Positions 61,342 to 64,000 of a stretch of 64,000 bases of DNA are shown in pieces. The notes under the pieces are model-generated. The model was given only the letters and a program-made list of their open reading frames with translations. It searched no databases and was not told the DNA's origin. Source of the stretch: Felis catus (Eukaryota); contig NC_058368.1 of the NCBI RefSeq assembly GCF_018350175.1, positions 183,708,001 to 183,772,000 of the forward strand, given 5' to 3'. The first letter of the stretch is position 1, and each line of letters begins with the position of its first letter. The position numbers and the translations under genes were made by a program.

Positions 61342-63149
61342 CTGATGAAAAAAAAATATGAAAATTAGAAATAATGAGTATCACATCATATGTGATTTAG
61401 GTTTATTTAAGTTTTATTTTCATATTCAGATTTATCTTTTTTCTTGAACTTAACCATATTTATTAAAGTAAGACTCCCATCACTATTTGAATAATCAAAA
61501 CAATTTTACATTTGTTGTAACACTATTGGTCTATTAGTAAGTAAAAAAGCACACCAACCAGAATGAAAATACTCAAGACATTTCCACTTCTAGTTCTAAT
61601 ATTAATTATTTAACGTTTACTCCAGTCAGTTTCCTCTTTTTATAAAATCATGGAATTTGTTCCAATTGAATTAGAGCATATCTAAAATTTGAATTCTGTT
61701 AAAAGATAAGCCAAAGCAATTTTAACTAGTTTAAGGAAAAGTTTTATACATATTAATCTTGAAATACCAATTATACCATATACACACAAAGTGTGAAGAT
61801 ATATTGCATATATCTCATGTTTAAACTAGAATTTAAAGTTATTGAGTAATCTTCAACCATTTAATTTCAACCAAGAGAAGAATATATTTTTCTCAAACTT
61901 TAGTATTCTGAACACTGAAGCCTGAGATGAAAAAGAAGAAAGAAAATTCTAATTTGTCCCTGAGTGATTTAAGTGGTTTTTAAAAGAATCTTTTGCTCAT
62001 AGAAAATATTTGTCTATCCATTACTTTTTTCAATCCCTACCATGTTTTTTTTCCAATACCACTTTAATTTAAATTTTGACTATCAACTTAGAATTGAGCA
62101 AAAGAAATAGATTTCCAAAATCAGTGGGCTGCTGTGAATCACTTTCAATAAGAGAAGAAAAACAAATGAATTACAGCTAGCATTAGGCCCTGGAATTGAA
62201 ATTACAAGCACTCTGAGGAGTAATTATAGTATGTGGTCCAAGGATCCTGCTGCTCAGGTCCATTAACATTGCACACCCTGCTGAATTATGAAAATATTCC
62301 TAAGATCTAACATTTTTACAAAAAGATGCTGAAACCAAATCCCCAAAATACTCCCTTGATAAATACAAGGTTCTATAAAACTCAATATTTATATTGTAGT
62401 CTTAAGAAAACTTTAAGACATACAGATATATTTCACATGTTAAAAGCGGTGAAGTGTCTGGTATTAAAATGAATGTGCAGAGCAACTGAAAACTCCATTA
62501 AATAGACCTGATTTTAAATTCCATCACCAACAGAAAATGACTCTGGTACTCCCACAGTAATAAAGCCCAGAGTTCTTTCTCTGCAGCTCAGGAATGCAGA
62601 CCTGAGCAAGTGAAAGTTACAGAAAGGTTGATTTCATCTTACTATAAGGAGGAAAAAATGCATCATGAGATAAGAGTGTTTTCAGTGACTAAAAACATTT
62701 AAACAGAGAATAGGTTCATGTTAGACCATTCTAGCAAAGGTTTCTGACCAGAGGGCCCCCACATTTCTTTCCCACATTTAGTCCATTATTTCTGTGCTTC
62801 AATAACCTTTGTAGTGGGCTTACAAAAAAATGTAAGATACAAAACAAATCTGTGTTAAATATACATTAAATATCAATTCCATATTAAGCATTTCTTTAAA
62901 AATGTGTCATGCTGTTCAAGAATGTATCATAATCACAAGTAGCCCCTCACATTTGGAGTTTCCTAGGTCTCAAACACTCTTTTCCCATCCTCTGTCCCAG
63001 TAATATAACCTATCCTATAAGTTCTAGGTATGTACTACCTTTTCCATAAGTTAGTTTCTGTCCCTCTCCACTGTTGAAACAGATTGTGTTTTACCTATTT
63101 CCTTTGCTAGAACCATAGGCTCCCATAGGCAGTAGTTGTGATTATAATT

Positions 63150-63445
63150 AAAATGTACCCAAAAAATTAGTTCTGTAGAAACGCCAGTTCCAGCATGTTG
63201 ATGTATTTTAAAAAGAAGATTATTTTTGAGATAAATTTGGAGAATGCTGTATGATTCAGAGATTAAGCAAAGTCATTTATTAAAGGACATCACAGAGCCA
63301 TGAAACTTTTATATTCTGTGAATTACTATTAAAAAGGTAAATGGATACAGAATTTCTCAAAATTGTTTTACTTCAGACTCATTTTTTTTTCATGGAGCAC
63401 TTTCTAAGACTAAAGTTTCTTCACATTTGTTTTAGAGAACATGGA
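63150..63445. mobile_element. MER103C-like hAT relic
   Basis: 'ttctgtagaaacgccagttcc...ataaatttggagaatgctg...aggacatcacagagcc...atttctcaaaattgttt...catggagcac'. Confidence 0.6.
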
Positions 63446-63751
63446 ATTATTTTATTCACCATTCCCTCGATTGCACCTGGCACAAAGTAGACAGGTAGGA
63501 AAAACTAATTGTATCAGTTTTTAAAGTGTAAACTAACCGGCTTTCAGGTTTCTTGATAAAGGCCACCCACCCACCCCTATTTTTTTTAAAAGGGACTTGG
63601 TGATCATCCTCTTCATTCTGATTACAGGAATTCCCTGATATACTTGGTCACTTAATTTCTGTGAGAATAGTTCAGGGCTGAAGATATTATATCTACATGA
63701 GCAGTGTGTTTCATTTTTAGATAGCAATTGTTTAAAAAATTCTTTTTCACT

Positions 63752-63940
63752 GGGACACCTGGGTGGCTCAGTTGGTTAAGCTTCTGACTTCAGCTCAGCT
63801 CATGATCTTGTGGTTCCTGAGTTTGAACCCCACATCAGGCTCCTCATGGACAGTGTGTCGCCAGCTTGAAATTCTCTCTCCCTTTCTTTCTGCCCCTCCT
63901 CCACTTGTGTATCCTATCTCAAAATAAATAAACTTAAAAA
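63752..63940 (+). mobile_element. Can-SINE
   Basis: 'gggacacctgggtggctcagttggttaagc...ctgacttcagctcag'; imperfect TSD aaaaaatt(g)ctttt. Confidence 0.94.
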
Positions 63941-64000
63941 AAATTGCTTTTCATTTAATTTATAACTGAGTACCTCTAACTGCAGTGCACTGATTCAAGC

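Noticed and set aside
61850..61950. Strong minus-strand acceptor ttttctttcttctttttcatctcag
   Set aside because: No convincing downstream donor; isolated acceptors are common on T-rich strands
1..64000. Novel multi-gene system, CRISPR array or prokaryotic operon
   Set aside because: Eukaryotic repeat-rich DNA; the recurring ~200-bp units are dispersed SINEs with TSDs, not repeat-spacer arrays, and no long intact ORF exists

Overview
This is AT-rich, CpG-poor mammalian genomic DNA, almost certainly from a cat (Felidae), because it carries about 28 tRNA-derived Can-SINEs, several matching the young felid SINEC_Fc type. I can identify no intact protein-coding gene; the window reads as a large intron or intergenic interval. 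It holds a degraded ~5.2 kb carnivore L1 (with three SINEs nested inside), older L1/L2/MIR relics, hAT DNA-transposon relics (MER5B-, MER20-, MER33-, MER103-like), several MaLR/ERVL/ERV1-type solo LTRs, microsatellites, and one full-length RPL18A processed pseudogene with a target-site duplication (TSD). The supplied ORFs are L1, SINE or pseudogene remnants or chance ORFs. I found no convincing novel biological system. The best leads are a well-formed 39-nt minus-strand exon candidate (61303-61341), a five-SINE cluster with interlocking TSDs (15055-16513), a tandem PAX3/7-type palindrome (49375-49414), an isolated exact 21-bp repeat (45144/45776) and two motif-dense unique islands. Repeat subfamily names are recalled from consensus sequences by eye and need RepeatMasker confirmation; boundaries of old repeats are approximate.
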